Shown here in pieces: positions 15,701-28,976 of a stretch of 64,000 bases of DNA (within the stretch, counting starts at the first letter, position 1; every line of letters begins with the position of its first letter). The notes beneath the pieces are model-generated. The model saw nothing but the letters and a program-made list of their open reading frames with translations. It ran no database searches and was not told the DNA's origin. The stretch lies in NCBI RefSeq assembly GCF_009914755.1, contig NC_060948.1; one strand, 5' to 3'. The stretch is from the human T2T-CHM13v2.0 reference genome, Homo sapiens. A program made the translations under genes and the position numbers.

Positions 15701-18700
15701 GTTAGTTCCTTCGTTCTGCTGGGTTTGGGTTTGGTATGTTCTTGCTTCTCTAGTTCCTTAAGGTGTGACCTTAGATTGTTGCTATTTTTGCTCTTTCAGA
15801 CTCTTGGATGTAGGCATTTAATGCTATAAACCTTTAGCACCACTTTTGCTGTATTCCAGAGGTTTTAATAAGTTTTATCACTATTAGATTCAGTTCAAAA
15901 AAAATTTTAATATTTATCTTGATTTCATTTTTGACCCAAAGATCCTTCAAAAGCAGATTATTTAATTTTCATATATTTTCATAATTTTGAGGGTTTGCTT
16001 TAGAGTTAATTTCCAGTTTTATTCCACAGTGGTCTAAGTGGATACTTGATATAATTTTCATTTTTTTATTTTATTGAGATTTCTTTTGTGACTTGTCATA
16101 TGGTCTGTCTTGGAGAATGTTCACATGGTAAAGAAAAGAATGTACATTTTGTCATTTCTGGGTAGAATATTCTGTAAATATCTGTTAAGTTATTTAGTTC
16201 TAGTGTATAATTTAAGTCAATTTTTTATTGTTGGCTCTTTTTTTGATGACCTGCCTAGTGCTGTCAGTGGCGTATTGGAGTGCCCTGCTGTTATTGTGTC
16301 ACCATCTATCTCATTTCTTAAGTCTGGTATTAATTGTTTTGTAAGTTTGGAAGCTCCAGTGTTAGGTGCATATATATTTAGGATTGTGACACTGTCTTGC
16401 TTGACTATTCTTTTTATTGTTATATAATGTCCCTCTTTGTCTTTTTTACTGTTGCTGCTTTAAAGTCTATTTTGTCTGATATAAAAATAGCTGTTTATGC
16501 TTGCTTTTGGTTTCCATGTGCATGAATTTTTTTTATCCCTTTACCTGAAATTTATGTGAGTTCTTATGTGTTAAGTGAGTCTCTTGAAAACAGCAGATAC
16601 TTGATTGGTGAATTTATATCCATTCTGCCACTCTGTATCTTGTAAATTAATCATTTAAGGCATCTACATTCAACATTAATATAGAGATGTGAGGTATTGT
16701 TCTATTCTTCATGTTATTTGTTGCCTAATATCTTGTTTTTTTTTTCTCATTATGTTATTGTTTCATAGGCCCTGTGAGATTTATGCTTTAAGGAGGATCT
16801 ATTTTGGTGTATTTTGAGAGTTTGTTTCAAGATTTAGAACTCCTTTTAGCATTTCTTGTAGTGCTGGCTTAGTAGTGGTGAATTATCTTAGCATTTATTT
16901 GTCTGAAAAAGAATTTATTTCTCCTTCATTTATGAAGCTTAGTGTTGCTGGAACAAATTTCTTGTCTAATAATTATTTTGTTTCAGGAGGCTAAAAATAG
17001 AACCCCAATTCCTTTTGGCTTGTAAGCTTTCTTCTGAGAAATCTGCTGTTAATCTGATAGGTTTTCCTTTATATGTTATTTGATGCTTTTGTCTCTCAGC
17101 CCTTAAAATTCTTCCCTTCATCTTGACTTTAGATAACCTGATTAATATGTCTAGGTGGTTATTTTTTTTTATAACTTTCTCATGTGTTCTTTGAGCTTCT
17201 TGTATTTGGATGTCTAGATCTCTAGCAAGATCAAGGAAGTTTTCCTCAATTATTCACTCAAATAAGTTTTCCAACCTTTAGATTTCTCCTCTTCCTCAGG
17301 AACTTCAATTATTTTTGTTTGGCCCCTTAACATAATCACAGATTACTTGGAGGCTTTATCATTTTTTCTTCTATTATGTTTTACTTGTTTTTATCTGACT
17401 GTGTTAATTTAAAAGCTTTGTCTTTGAGCTCTGAAATTGTTTCTTCTCCTTGTTCTAGTCCATTGTTGAAACTTTCCACTGCATTTTGTATCCCCCTAAG
17501 TGTGTCTTTCATTTCCAGAAGTTGTCATTGCTTTTTTTTACATGATGACATAATTTTAATCTATATGCTGTATTTTTTCAACTTCTTTAAGTTGTGTTTT
17601 ACCTTTCTCTGTTATCTCCTTGAGTAGCTTAATAATCAACCTTCTGAATTCTTTATCTAGCAATTCAGAAGTTTCTTTTTTGTTTGAATGGATTGCTGGA
17701 AACCTGGTGTGATGTTTTGGAGGTGTTATAGAACCCTGTTTTGTCATACTACCAGAATTACTTTTCTGATTCATTCTCATTTGGGTATATTATATCAGTG
17801 GAGAGATCTGAAACTCAAAGCCTGCTCTTTAGATTCTCTTGTCCCACAGGGTGATCCCTTGATGTGGTGCTGTCCTCCTTCCTCTTGGGATGAGGCTTCC
17901 TGAGAGTTGGACTGCAGTGATTGTTTTTGTTCTTCTGGGTCTAGCCACTCAGCAGGACTACCAGACTTGGCTGGTGCTGCTGGATATCTACAAAGAGTCC
18001 TGTGATGTGATCCGTCTTCAAGTCTCCCAGCTGTGGATACCAGCACCTGCTCTGGTAGAGGTGACAGGGAAGTGAAGTAGACTCTATGAGAATCCTTGGT
18101 TGTAGACATGTTTAGTGTGCTTGCTTTCTTGAATGCTTGTTATGTTAGCAGTGAAGTTGTCACATGGACATACTAAAGACCTCTAGTTAGCCAGGATGCT
18201 ATGAGCAGTGAAATTAGGTGTTCTGTTCTCCTGCCTGGAATCAGGGTTGTTCTGTCATGAGTTGCTGTAATGGCCTGAGTTGGTTGACCTCCAACTAGGA
18301 GGTGGCACTTTCAAGATAGCACCAGCTGTGGTAGTAGTAGGGGGCCCTAAGCTTGCCCTAAGATGGCCAGAGTAAGTGTTTTGGTTTGTCAAGTAATAGG
18401 CAGGGCCATAAAGCTCCCCAAATGTCTATGTTTTCTGTTTGTCTACCATGTCAGGAAGGGAAATACCATCAGGTAGTGACAGGGCTAGACAGATCTGGGG
18501 TCAGACTCTCCTTGGGTGAGTTTGCCATGACCACTGTGGGAGATGGTTGGGGGTGGTCCTCAGGCCAATCATGTTGTGTTCCAGAGGGCATCTTGGCCAC
18601 CTCTTCCGTGTCATATAGTTCACCAGTGAATGGGGAATAGCCAGTAGCAAGAGGCCTTACCCAGCTCCGCCATAGTTTGTGAGGCCAATATCGCTCCTGC

Positions 18701-18935
18701 AGTGTCCTACACACATCTTGCCCCAGCCTGTGAGCTACCCCACTGAGAAAGCAAGCATGGCTTTCAGACCTTACCCTACCCTGTCTGCCCACTCCATCGG
18801 TGTCAGTTTCTGAGTTCCTAAGCTCGTTCACAGCCGCAGCAGCCCCTGCTTCTCCCCAAGGCTCCACTCAAGAAAATTTGTGTCCATCAAAACCACTACC
18901 AATTTCAGTTGGAAGCTCCCTTTGCCTGTGACCCC
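12732..18935 (-). mobile_element. Near full-length L1PB1/L1PB2-like LINE-1 (extreme 5' end missing)
   Basis: 3' end 'tttggggaacaggtggtttttgactacatggataag...gtacccaaagtgtagtcttttatccc' is L1PB type. Minus ORF fragments [21 protein letters not shown] (ORF2) and DKEFRRLIIKLLKE (ORF1). GC-richer 5'UTR at 17.8-18.9 kb. Confidence 0.85.
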
Positions 18936-18939
18936 AGGA

Positions 18940-19115
18940 TGGTGTTCGATGCATTGTAAGATAATTAGCTGCATCTCTAACCTCTACACATTAAAAGTCA
19001 GTAAACCCTGCTCACTCCCCATTCCTTGTTATTTTATCCTAGCTTGGTGCAACAATCAAAATGTTTCCAGATTTTACCAAGTGTTTCCTGAAGCACCAAA
19101 ATAACCCTCGATTAT
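18940..19115. mobile_element. MER20 hAT-Charlie fragment
   Basis: 'tgcattgtaagataattagctgcatctctaacctctacacatta...caacaatcaaaatgtttccagattttaccaagtgtttcctg...aaaataaccc' follows the MER20 consensus. Confidence 0.65.
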
Positions 19116-19688
19116 TTCTTTTTACTATTTTTCCACAAGTTAACATTCTGTGAAAACTTTAAGGCTCTTGGAAAATAAATAATGTGCAGAAACTCTTCTC
19201 TGTGTAGTAATTCACTGTCTCTGAAAGTCTTTTATTCCATTTGCGTAGCAACCTGTCTTAATTGGTATGTTCTCTTCTCTACTCTTTTCCTGCTTTCTTC
19301 AATGATCTGATTTGAAATTCTTAAGCAGAAAATAAGTTTTCAATTTGAATGAATTTTTGCAAGTTATAAATACCTAAAATTAAGAGTTTATAATGGAAAT
19401 ACCAACACAACCTCAAATTTAGCAGTGTGAGGATCACCAATATAAAAAATCCATCACTTGTCTTCTATATCTGTCACAGTTCTATAAATCAAATTATTGA
19501 AAGGTAAATTATGTTTTAAAAGATTTTTTCATAAATCAGCTATGCATGTAGACACTGTTGATTATATTTTGGCAGTAAATCCTGTTGTTCATGGACATAT
19601 TCTTGTGCTAGTTATATAAAAATTACCTAAAATTATATGTCAGGAGCATTTCAAAATATATCTTCTGAACATAATTCTTACAATATCA

Positions 19689-19990
<302 letters not shown>

Positions 19991-20403
19991 ATAATTATTA
20001 CAATATCGTTTTGTCTTAGAGCACTTGGAAGAGAAAAACAAATGTGTAAGATAGAAAGTTCCTCAATTGTTTCATTATTATATTCAGTACAAAGACCTTC
20101 TCACTTTAACCATAAAGATGTTATGTATGGAATATCTGACTAAATATATTTTATAGCCAGTCAACAAACAAACAAAAAAAAACACTCAGCAAACCAAACA
20201 TAAAAGGAATGCATGACTTCTCTACTGACCAACTCAAAAATGTAAAGTAATTATATACTTGTAATGAACACATTTATATTTTCAGAGTACGTTATAAGTG
20301 AAAAAATTTACAAAGTGTTAAAATATCAGCAGGAAATTATTGACCTTGACTATTTTATTTATTAATTGAAAACAATCTAGTTTATGTCATTAAAAACAAT
20401 TCA

Positions 20404-20712
20404 GACTGGGCACAGTAACTCACACCTGCAATCTCACCACTTTGGGAGGCTGAGGCGAGAAGATTACTTGAGGCCAGAAGTTTGAGACCAGTCTGAGCAA
20501 CAGAGTAATACCCCATCGCTACAATAAAAAAATTAAAAAATAGCTGGACATGTTGGCATTTTCCTGTAGTCCTAGCAACTTGAGAAGCTGAGGTGGGGGG
20601 ATTACTTGAATCCAGAAGGTCAAGGCTGCAGTAGGCTATGATTATGACACTGCACTCCAGCCTGGGTGACAGAGTATGACCCTGTCTTTTAAGAGAAAAA
20701 AGAAACAACAGG
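20404..20712 (+). mobile_element. AluJ SINE
   Basis: Diverged dimeric Alu with J diagnostics (ggtcaaggctgcagt, gaccctgtct); TSD aacaattca. Confidence 0.9.
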
Positions 20713-20730
20713 AACAATTCAAATTTTATA

Positions 20731-21104
20731 TGTATGAGTCCATTCTCATGCTGCTCTAAAAAAAAAAAATACCCAAGACTGAGTAATTTATAAAGAAAAG
20801 AGGTTTAATTGACTCACACTTACACATTGCTTGGGATGTCTCAGGAAATTTACCATCATGGTGGAAGGCAATGGAGAAACAGGCACCTTCTTCACAGGGC
20901 AGCAGGATAGAGTAAGTGCAAGTAGGGGAAATGCCAGATGCTTATAAAAACATCAGATCTCATGAGAACTAATTCACTGTCACCAGAACAGCATGGAGGA
21001 TCCTGCCCCCATGATCCAATCACTGTCCCTCTCATGACATCTGGGGATTATGGAGGTTATAATTCAAGATGAGATTTGGGTGGGAACACAGCCAAACCAT
21101 ATTA
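20731..21104 (-). mobile_element. THE1 (C/D-like) MaLR solo LTR
   Basis: 'tgtatgagtccattctcatgctgct...gagatttgggtgggaacacagccaaaccatatta' is the reverse complement of a THE1 LTR. Confidence 0.88.
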
Positions 21105-22576
21105 GTATGTAATTATACAGCCTAAAAGTGGGAAATCCTTTATCACTCACCCTATCACCTTCTACTTTTTTAATGAAGCCTCACAATTGGTGTTATTCAA
21201 TAGAATTTACATGAATTTACACACCCATGTACAAAAGAACACATGCATTCTCATATGAGTATCCCAGTGTGTACTTATTTTTATATAAACATTTAATTTT
21301 GTTTATGTTTTATGTAATTTGATTCTTATGTTTATGACAACTGGCTTTTATTTTTCTTTACACTAATCCTTGGAAACTTTCCCATATCAATACATGCAGT
21401 TCTACTTTATTCTTTCAAATTTGTTTACAAAACATAGAATATTTTTATTTGTATAAATTTGTTGGGATGCAAGAGTAATATCATTACATAGATGTATTGT
21501 ATACTAGAGAAGGCAGGGCTTTTAATTTATCCATTGCAGAAATAAAGTATCCATTAAGTAATTTCTCACTATTCAACACCCTCCTTCTTCTCACACTCTT
21601 TGGAGTCTCCATTGTTTATTATTCTAAACTTTGTGACCATATGTGCTCATTATTTAGCTCCCATGTGTAACTGAGAACATTTGACATTTTTCTTTCTGTG
21701 TCTACTTTTCATAAGACAATGACCTCTTCTTCCATCCATGTTGCTGCAAAAGAAATGATCTCATTATTTTATGGCTGAATAGTATTCCACTGTGTATATA
21801 TACCACATTTTCTGTATTCAATCATCCATTGATGGATACATAAGTCAATTCCATATATTTGCTATTGTAAAGGATCTGTAATAAACACACAAGTGTATGT
21901 AATATTTTCATATAATTATTTCTTTTTTGGGGGATATATACCCAGTAGTGAGATTATAGGATTCAATGGTGTTTCCATTTTTAATTCCTTGAGAAATCTC
22001 CATACTGTTTTTCATAGAGGTTGTAGTAATTTATATTTGCTTCAACAGTATACGAGCACTCAACTTTCTCCACATCCTCACCAGCATTTGTTATTTTTTG
22101 TCTTTTTTATTATTGCCCTTCTGACTGGTGTAAGATAATACCTCATTTTAATTTTAAATTTTACTTTTTGATGATTAGTGACAATAAGCATTTTTATATA
22201 TTTGTTGGCTATATGCATGTCTTCTTTTGAAAAATGTCTATTTTTCTTTTGCTCACCTCTTTATAGGGTTATTTGATTTTGTTGTTTTTTTTTTGTTTTT
22301 TGAGTTCTTCATAAATTCTGGATATTAATTCCTCCCTGTATTAATAGTTTTCAAATATTTTCTCCCATACTGCAGGTTGTCTGTTCAATCTTTTATTTCT
22401 TTTGTTTTACAGAAGCTCTTTAAGTCCATTTGTCTATTTTTTGTTTCTGTTTCTTGTGCTTTGGAAGTCTTAGTTGTGAATTTTTTTCCTACATCAATGT
22501 CTAGAAAAGTTTTCTTTAGGTTGTCTTCTAGTATTTTTTATAGCTTTAGGCGTTACATTTAAATCTTTAATCCATC

Positions 22577-23003
22577 TCATATAGTTGGGATATTTGTCTC
22601 CAGCCAAATTGCATGTTGAATTGTAATCTCTGATGTTGGAGTTGGGCCCTGGTGGGAGATGTTTGATTCATGGCAGCAGATCTCTTATAAATGGCTTGGG
22701 CCACTCCCTTAGTAATAAATAACATCTAGTTCTGAGTTTGAATGAGATCTGGTGCTTTAAAAGTGTGTGGCACCTCCCCATCCACTCTTCCTCTCTTGCT
22801 CCTGCTTTTGCCATGTGGCACACAAGCTCCCACTTCAACTTCTGCCATGAATAAAAGCTCCCTGAAGCCTCCGCAGAAGCTGAGCAATATTGGTGCAGTC
22901 TCATGTATATCCTTCAAAATTATGAGCCAATTAAACAATTGTTTCTTTATAAATTATGCTGTCTAATGTATTTCTTTATAACAATGCAGAAATGCCCAAT
23001 AAT
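22577..23003 (+). mobile_element. MSTB-like MaLR solo LTR nested in L1PB4
   Basis: 'tcatatagttgggatatttgtctccagccaaattgcatgttgaattgtaatc...gagccaattaaac...ctttataaatta...tatttctttata'; L1 resumes after it. Confidence 0.82.
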
Positions 23004-24423
23004 TCAGTTAAATTTTGTATATGGTGAATGAAAGGGGTCCAGTATCATTCTGCATATGAAAATCCAATTTTCCCAGCACCATTTTTGAAAAGGATGTCTT
23101 TCCCACAATGCATTCTTTTGTTGACTTTGTCAATGATCAGTTTGTTTTAAGTGTGTGGACCCTTTTCTGGCTTCCATATTCTATACCAATGATTTATGTG
23201 TCCATCTTATACCAATACGATGCTGTTTTGATTTTACAGCCATGTAGTATAATTTGAACAATGTAACGTGATTCTTCTGTTTTTGTTCTTTATTCTCAGA
23301 ATTTATTTTCCTATTTGGGCTCTTTTTTTGGTTCCATATGATTTTAGGATTGTTTTCTCTAGTTCTTTGAAATATCACATTGATATTTTGATAGGGTTTG
23401 TATTGCATCTGTAGATTGCTTTGGGCAGTATAGTCATTTTAACAATATTGATCTTTCTGATTAATGACTATGTGGTGTTTTTCCATTTGTTTGTGTCATC
23501 CACAATTTATTTCATCAGTGTCTTGTATATTTTCTTGTAGAGGTCTTTTACTGCCTTGGTTAAATATATTTCTAGATTTTTTTTGTAGCTATTATAAATG
23601 GGGTTGTCTTCTTGATTTGGTACTTAGCTGAATTATTATTGGTGTATATAAATGCTACCAATGGTTATATGTTGATTTTGTATCCTGAAACTTGATTGAT
23701 TTATCAATTCTCAGAGTTTTTTGTTGGAGTCTTTAGGGTTTTATAGATATGAGGTTATGACATCAGTGAACAGGGGCAATTTTATTTTCTCTGTTCCACC
23801 TAGAATTTCCAGTACTATGCTGAATAGGAATGGTGAAAGTGGGCATCCTTGTTTTGTCCCAGTTCATAGAGGGAATGGTTTCAACTTCCCCTTATTCAGT
23901 GTGATGTTGGCTATGGGTTTGCCATATAATGCCTTCATTTGTTTTAATATATGATTTTGTTCATGTGGATCTTCTTTCTTATTTTCCTGATTAGCTAGAG
24001 GTTTACCAATTTTTAAAACTTTTTGAAGAACCAACTTTATATTTCATTGATTCCTTATATTCCTCTTTGTATTTTTTGTCTCAATTCAATTTAAATCTGC
24101 CCTGATCTTTGTCATTTCTTTTCTTTTTCTAACTTTGAGTTTGGTATTTTCTTGTTTTCCAAGTTTGTTGAGATGCAATATTAGGTTGTAAACTTGTGAT
24201 CTTTCTACTGTTTGACGTAGGCATTTAATTCTATAAACTTTCCCCTTAATACTACTTTTGATGTATTCCAGAGATTTGGGTATGTGTGTTTCCATTTTCA
24301 TGTGTTTAAAAAAGTTTAATTTACAGCTTAATTTTTTATTTACTCAAGGATGACTCAGGAGCATGTTGGTTAATTTCTATGCATTTGTATAGTTTCCAAA
24401 GATTCTCTCAGTATTGATTTATA

Positions 24424-25296
24424 TGTAGGGAGATGCCCTGAAACTATTGCTACAGAATAAAAGATGAAATGCTCCTGATTACTGTAAATACAAAATTGCA
24501 CACAGGATTGTGTAAAGACAACGCCAAGTTGGACTGCCAGAATGAGCCAACAGCACGTGATGTGCTTCCCTCTGCAGAGAGCCTATGAATGAATGTGCAG
24601 TCAGGGAGGTTTCACATCACCAAGATTCCTATCCCAGAAAAGCAGATGTTCATAGCTCTGGGAATGGAATGCAAACCTTGTGGAGAGACTATAAACAGAC
24701 GCATGGGGGGCGCCTGTCCATATGGATAAGATAGGGCTATAAATGCCCTCATCTTGCCACAGCTCTTCTAGGCCTCTTTAGGGTTAAGGCATACTCCCTT
24801 CTGAGAATTTCTGGTCTAACCGGTTGTCTAGCTTCATGTCCTATTTCTACGGATTGTTTGTAACCAGCTTTTGCTGCAACTGTTACTGCTGATTAATATC
24901 TTGTTAATCATAGGTTATGGAAAGATTGTGTTTCTGTTTTAAGGCTCTGTTAGAAATTACTGACGCACACACTATATTGTAATTCTTATCTCTGTATACT
25001 GTACTTCTGCATACAAATGTTATGTTAAAGAATTTCTTCATCCCCATGTAACCAGCTCACCTCATAATCAAATAACCCTAAATCCCTCACTAACCTACCC
25101 CTGCCCTCACTAAACTTAATAATAAATGCTGGTATATCCAGTGCATTGTTGGCACCACGGGACCAGAAGGTGGTGACCCCCCTGGACCCAGCTTTCACTA
25201 TCTTGTGTGTGTCTATTATTTCTCAACCTGCCGATCCGCCTGGGAACAAAGAGAGAGCCCCGTTGCATTGTGGGCTGCTGGCCAGATCCCACAATA
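24424..25296 (+). mobile_element. HERV-K-class solo LTR, MER11D-like (HML-7)
   Basis: Starts TGTAGGGAGATGCCCTGAAACTATTGCTAC; AATAAA near 25121; 6-bp TSD TTTATA (24418-24423 / 25297-25302), typical of betaretroviral ERVs. Confidence 0.78.
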
Positions 25297-25365
25297 TTTA
25301 TAGTTGGATTTTGTTGTGGTCTAAAAAGATACTTTATATGATTTAAATTTTTAAGAACTTTTTGA

Positions 25366-25656
<291 letters not shown>

Positions 25657-26769
25657 AAGAACTTTTTGAGACTTGTTTGGTGCCCTAATATATGGTCAAT
25701 CTTGGAGAATGTTTCAAGTGCTGATAAGAAGAGTGTGTAGTCTGTAGTTGTTGAGTAGAATATGCTGTACAGTTTGTTAGGTCTATTTGGTCTAAAGTTC
25801 AGTTTAAACCCAATAATTCTTAGAAGATTTTATCTCCTGGTGATTTCTCTGTGTTGTGATGGGAGTTCTAAATTCTCTCAATATTATTGTATTGCTGTCT
25901 ATATCTCTATACAGGTCTAGTAATATTTGTTTTATAAATTTGGGTGCTGTGGTGTCGGGTGCACATATCTAGAATTGTTATATCCTCTTGCTGAATTGAT
26001 CCTTTTATTATTATATAATGTTATTCTCTGTCTTCTTTCTCAGCTTCTGATTTAAAGTCTCTTTTGTCTGATATAAATCTGGATATTCTTGCTCATTTTT
26101 GGTTTCTCTTTACATGAAATATTTTGTTTTTTAATCCCTTTACCATCAGTCTATATGTGTTTTCACAGGTCAGATGAGTTTTTTGTAAGCAATATATGAT
26201 TGGAATATGTTCTGTTTAGCCATTCTGTCCATTTATATATTTTAAGTGAAGCATTTAATCTGTTTAAATTAAAGGCTAGTATTATTATATGTGAGTTTTT
26301 GTTTCTGTATTATTATGAATTGTTATCTAGTCATTTTATAAATTATTTGCTTCTTTCTTTTTCTGTTTGTCTTCGTGATTTCATAAAATTCTGTTGAATT
26401 GCCATCTGATTCCTTTCTCTTTTTTGTGTGTGATTGGTTTATAAAACCTATGAGTTTTATACTTTTTTGTGTTATGATAAAACATATCCTTTTTTCATGT
26501 TTAGGACTTCTTGGATTTTTTTCTGTAGGGACAGTCTAATGCTGATGAATATTTTTAACCTTTGACTTTCTAAGTAAGACTTTCTTTTTCCTCCATTTAT
26601 AAAACTTAGTCTAACTGAATATAAAATTCTGGCTGGCAGCTTTTTAAAATTTCAGTACTTTGAAAATCCTATCCTATTCTCTTCTGGCTTGTAGGGTTTT
26701 ACTGAGAAGTCTGCTGTTTGTCTAATGGGATTTTCTTTATAGGGGACTAGAAATTTTTCTCTTACTGAT

Positions 26770-28976
26770 TGATATGGGTTGGGTCTGTCTCCCTGCCCAA
26801 ATCTCATGTTGAAATGTAATCCCCAATATTAGAGGTGGGGCCTGATGGAAAGTGATTGGATTGTGGAGTCAGTTTCTCCTGAATGGCTTAGCACCATTCC
26901 TGTGTGCTGCTCTCACAATAGTGAGTGAGTGAGTTATTGCCAGTTAGTGCTGTGATGGGACTTCTGAATTCTCTCAATATTATTGTATTGCTGTCTATGT
27001 CTCTATACAGGTCTAGTAATATTTGTTTTATAAATTTGGGTGCTGTTGTGTTGGGTGCACATATATCTAGAATTGTTATTTTTTATTTTTTATTTTTTTT
27101 TTATTTGCAGCACCTCCCCCTTCTCTTCCTCCTGCTCTGGCCGTGTGAAGTGCTGGCTTACCCTTTGCCTTTCCCCATAATTATGTGTCCTGAGGCCTCC
27201 CCAGATGCCAGTCAGATGCCAACCCTATGCTTCCTGTACAGCCTGTGGAAATATGAGCCAATTAAGCCTCTTTTCTTTATAAATTACCTAGCCTTAGGTT
27301 CTTCTTTATAGCCATGCAATAATTATCTAATATAGAAAATTGGTACTGAGGAGTGGGATATTGTGACTGGAACTTATATTTAAAAGGGAAGCAGAGCAAA
27401 AAAGCTTGAAAAATATGCAGCCTGATTATATGGTAGGAAAAAAAGGCCTGTTTTCAGGGGAAAAATTCAAGCAGACTGCAGAAATGTGCATAAGTAAAGA
27501 GGAGCCAAGTAGTAATAGCCAAGACAATGGGGAAAAGGCCTAGAAGGCATTTCAGAGACCTTTGTGGCAGCCTCTCCCATCATAGGCCAGGAGGCTTAGG
27601 AGGGAAGAATGGTTTTGTGTGCCAGGCCCAGGACACCACTGCCCTTTGTGTGCCAGGCCCAGGACACCACTGCAGCCTCAGGACACTGCTTTCCACATGC
27701 CAGTTATTCCAGCTCCAGCTCTGGGTAAAAGGGACCCAGGTACAGCTCAGACCACTGCTTCAGATGGTGTAGGCCACAAACCTTGGCTGCTTTCACATGG
27801 AGTTAAGCCTGTGGTTTCACAGAGAGCAAGAGTTGAGGCTGGAGATACTTCAACTGGATTTCAGAGAATGTGTGAAAAAGCCTGGATGTCTAGGCAGAAG
27901 CCTGCTGTAGGGGCAGCACCCTTATCAAGAATCTCTGCTATGGTAGTATGGAAAAGAAATGTGAGGTTTGAGCCCCCACACAGTATCCCAACAGGGGCAC
28001 TGCATAGTGGAGCTGTCAGAAGAGGGCCACCATCCTCCAGACCCCTCCAGAATGGTAGACCCAATGGCAGCTTGCTCCCTGCACGTGGAAAAGCTGCAGT
28101 CACTCAATGCCAGTACTTGAGAGCACTTCAGCTGGGGCTGATCTCTGCAAAGTCATGAGTATGAAGCTTCCCAAGGCCTTGGGAGACCATCCCTTATACC
28201 AGTGTGCCCTGGATATGAGGCATGGAGTCAAAGTACATTATTTTAGAGTTTAAGGTTTAATGACTGCCCTGCTGGATTTCGGACTTGCATAGGGCCTGTA
28301 GCCCCTTTCTTTTGGCCAATTTCTGCCTTCTGGAATGGGAATATTTACCCAATGCCTATACTGCAATTGTATCTTGGAAGTAACTAACTTGTTTTTGATT
28401 TTACAGGCTCATAGGTGGAAAGGGCTGGCCTTTCCTCAGATGAGACTTTTGAGTTAATGATGGAAAAAGTTTACATCTTGGGAATTATTGGGAAGGCACA
28501 ATTGTATTTTGAAATGTGAGGACACAAGATTTTGGAAGGGCCAGGGGTGGAATGACATGGTTTGAATCTGTGTGCCAACCCAAATTTCATATTGAAATGT
28601 AATCCCCAATGCTGGAGGTGAGGCCTAATGGAGGATGATTGGATCCTGGGGTCAGTTTCTCCTGAATGGTTTAGCACCATCCCTGTGTTGCTGTTCTTGT
28701 GATATTGAGTGATTGAGTTATCACCAGATCTAGTTGTTAGAAAATGTTTAGCACCTCCCCTTTTCTTCCTCCTGTTCTGGCCATGTGAAGTGCTGGCTTC
28801 CTCTTTGCCTTCTGCAATGATTGTAAGTTACCCAAAGCATCTCCCGAAGCCAAGCAGATGCCAGCATCATGCTTTCAGTAAAGCCTGTGGAACCACGAGC
28901 CAATTAAACCTCTTTTCTTCATTAATTACCCAGCTTTAGGTATTTCTTTATAGAAATGTGAGAACAGCCTAATACA
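26770..28976 (+). mobile_element. Two-LTR MST (MSTA/B) MaLR element: 5'LTR 26770-27334, internal 27335-28552 (partly deleted), 3'LTR 28553-28976
   Basis: Two homologous LTRs (TGATATGG/TGACATGG ... CTAATACA), MaLR internal sequence and 5-bp TSD CTGAT (26765-26769 / 28977-28981). Confidence 0.92.
26947..27079 (+). repeat. Local duplicate of 25851-25981 (host L1 sequence) inserted into the MST 5' LTR
   Basis: About 95% identical direct copy, absent from the 3' LTR. Confidence 0.9.

Noticed and set aside
20382-20717. 111-aa ORF and similar Alu-overlapping ORFs
   Set aside because: Typical Alu-derived translations ([14 protein letters not shown]).
27619-28158. 179-aa ORF
   Set aside because: It is MST internal sequence, a MaLR remnant homologous to the THE1B internal.
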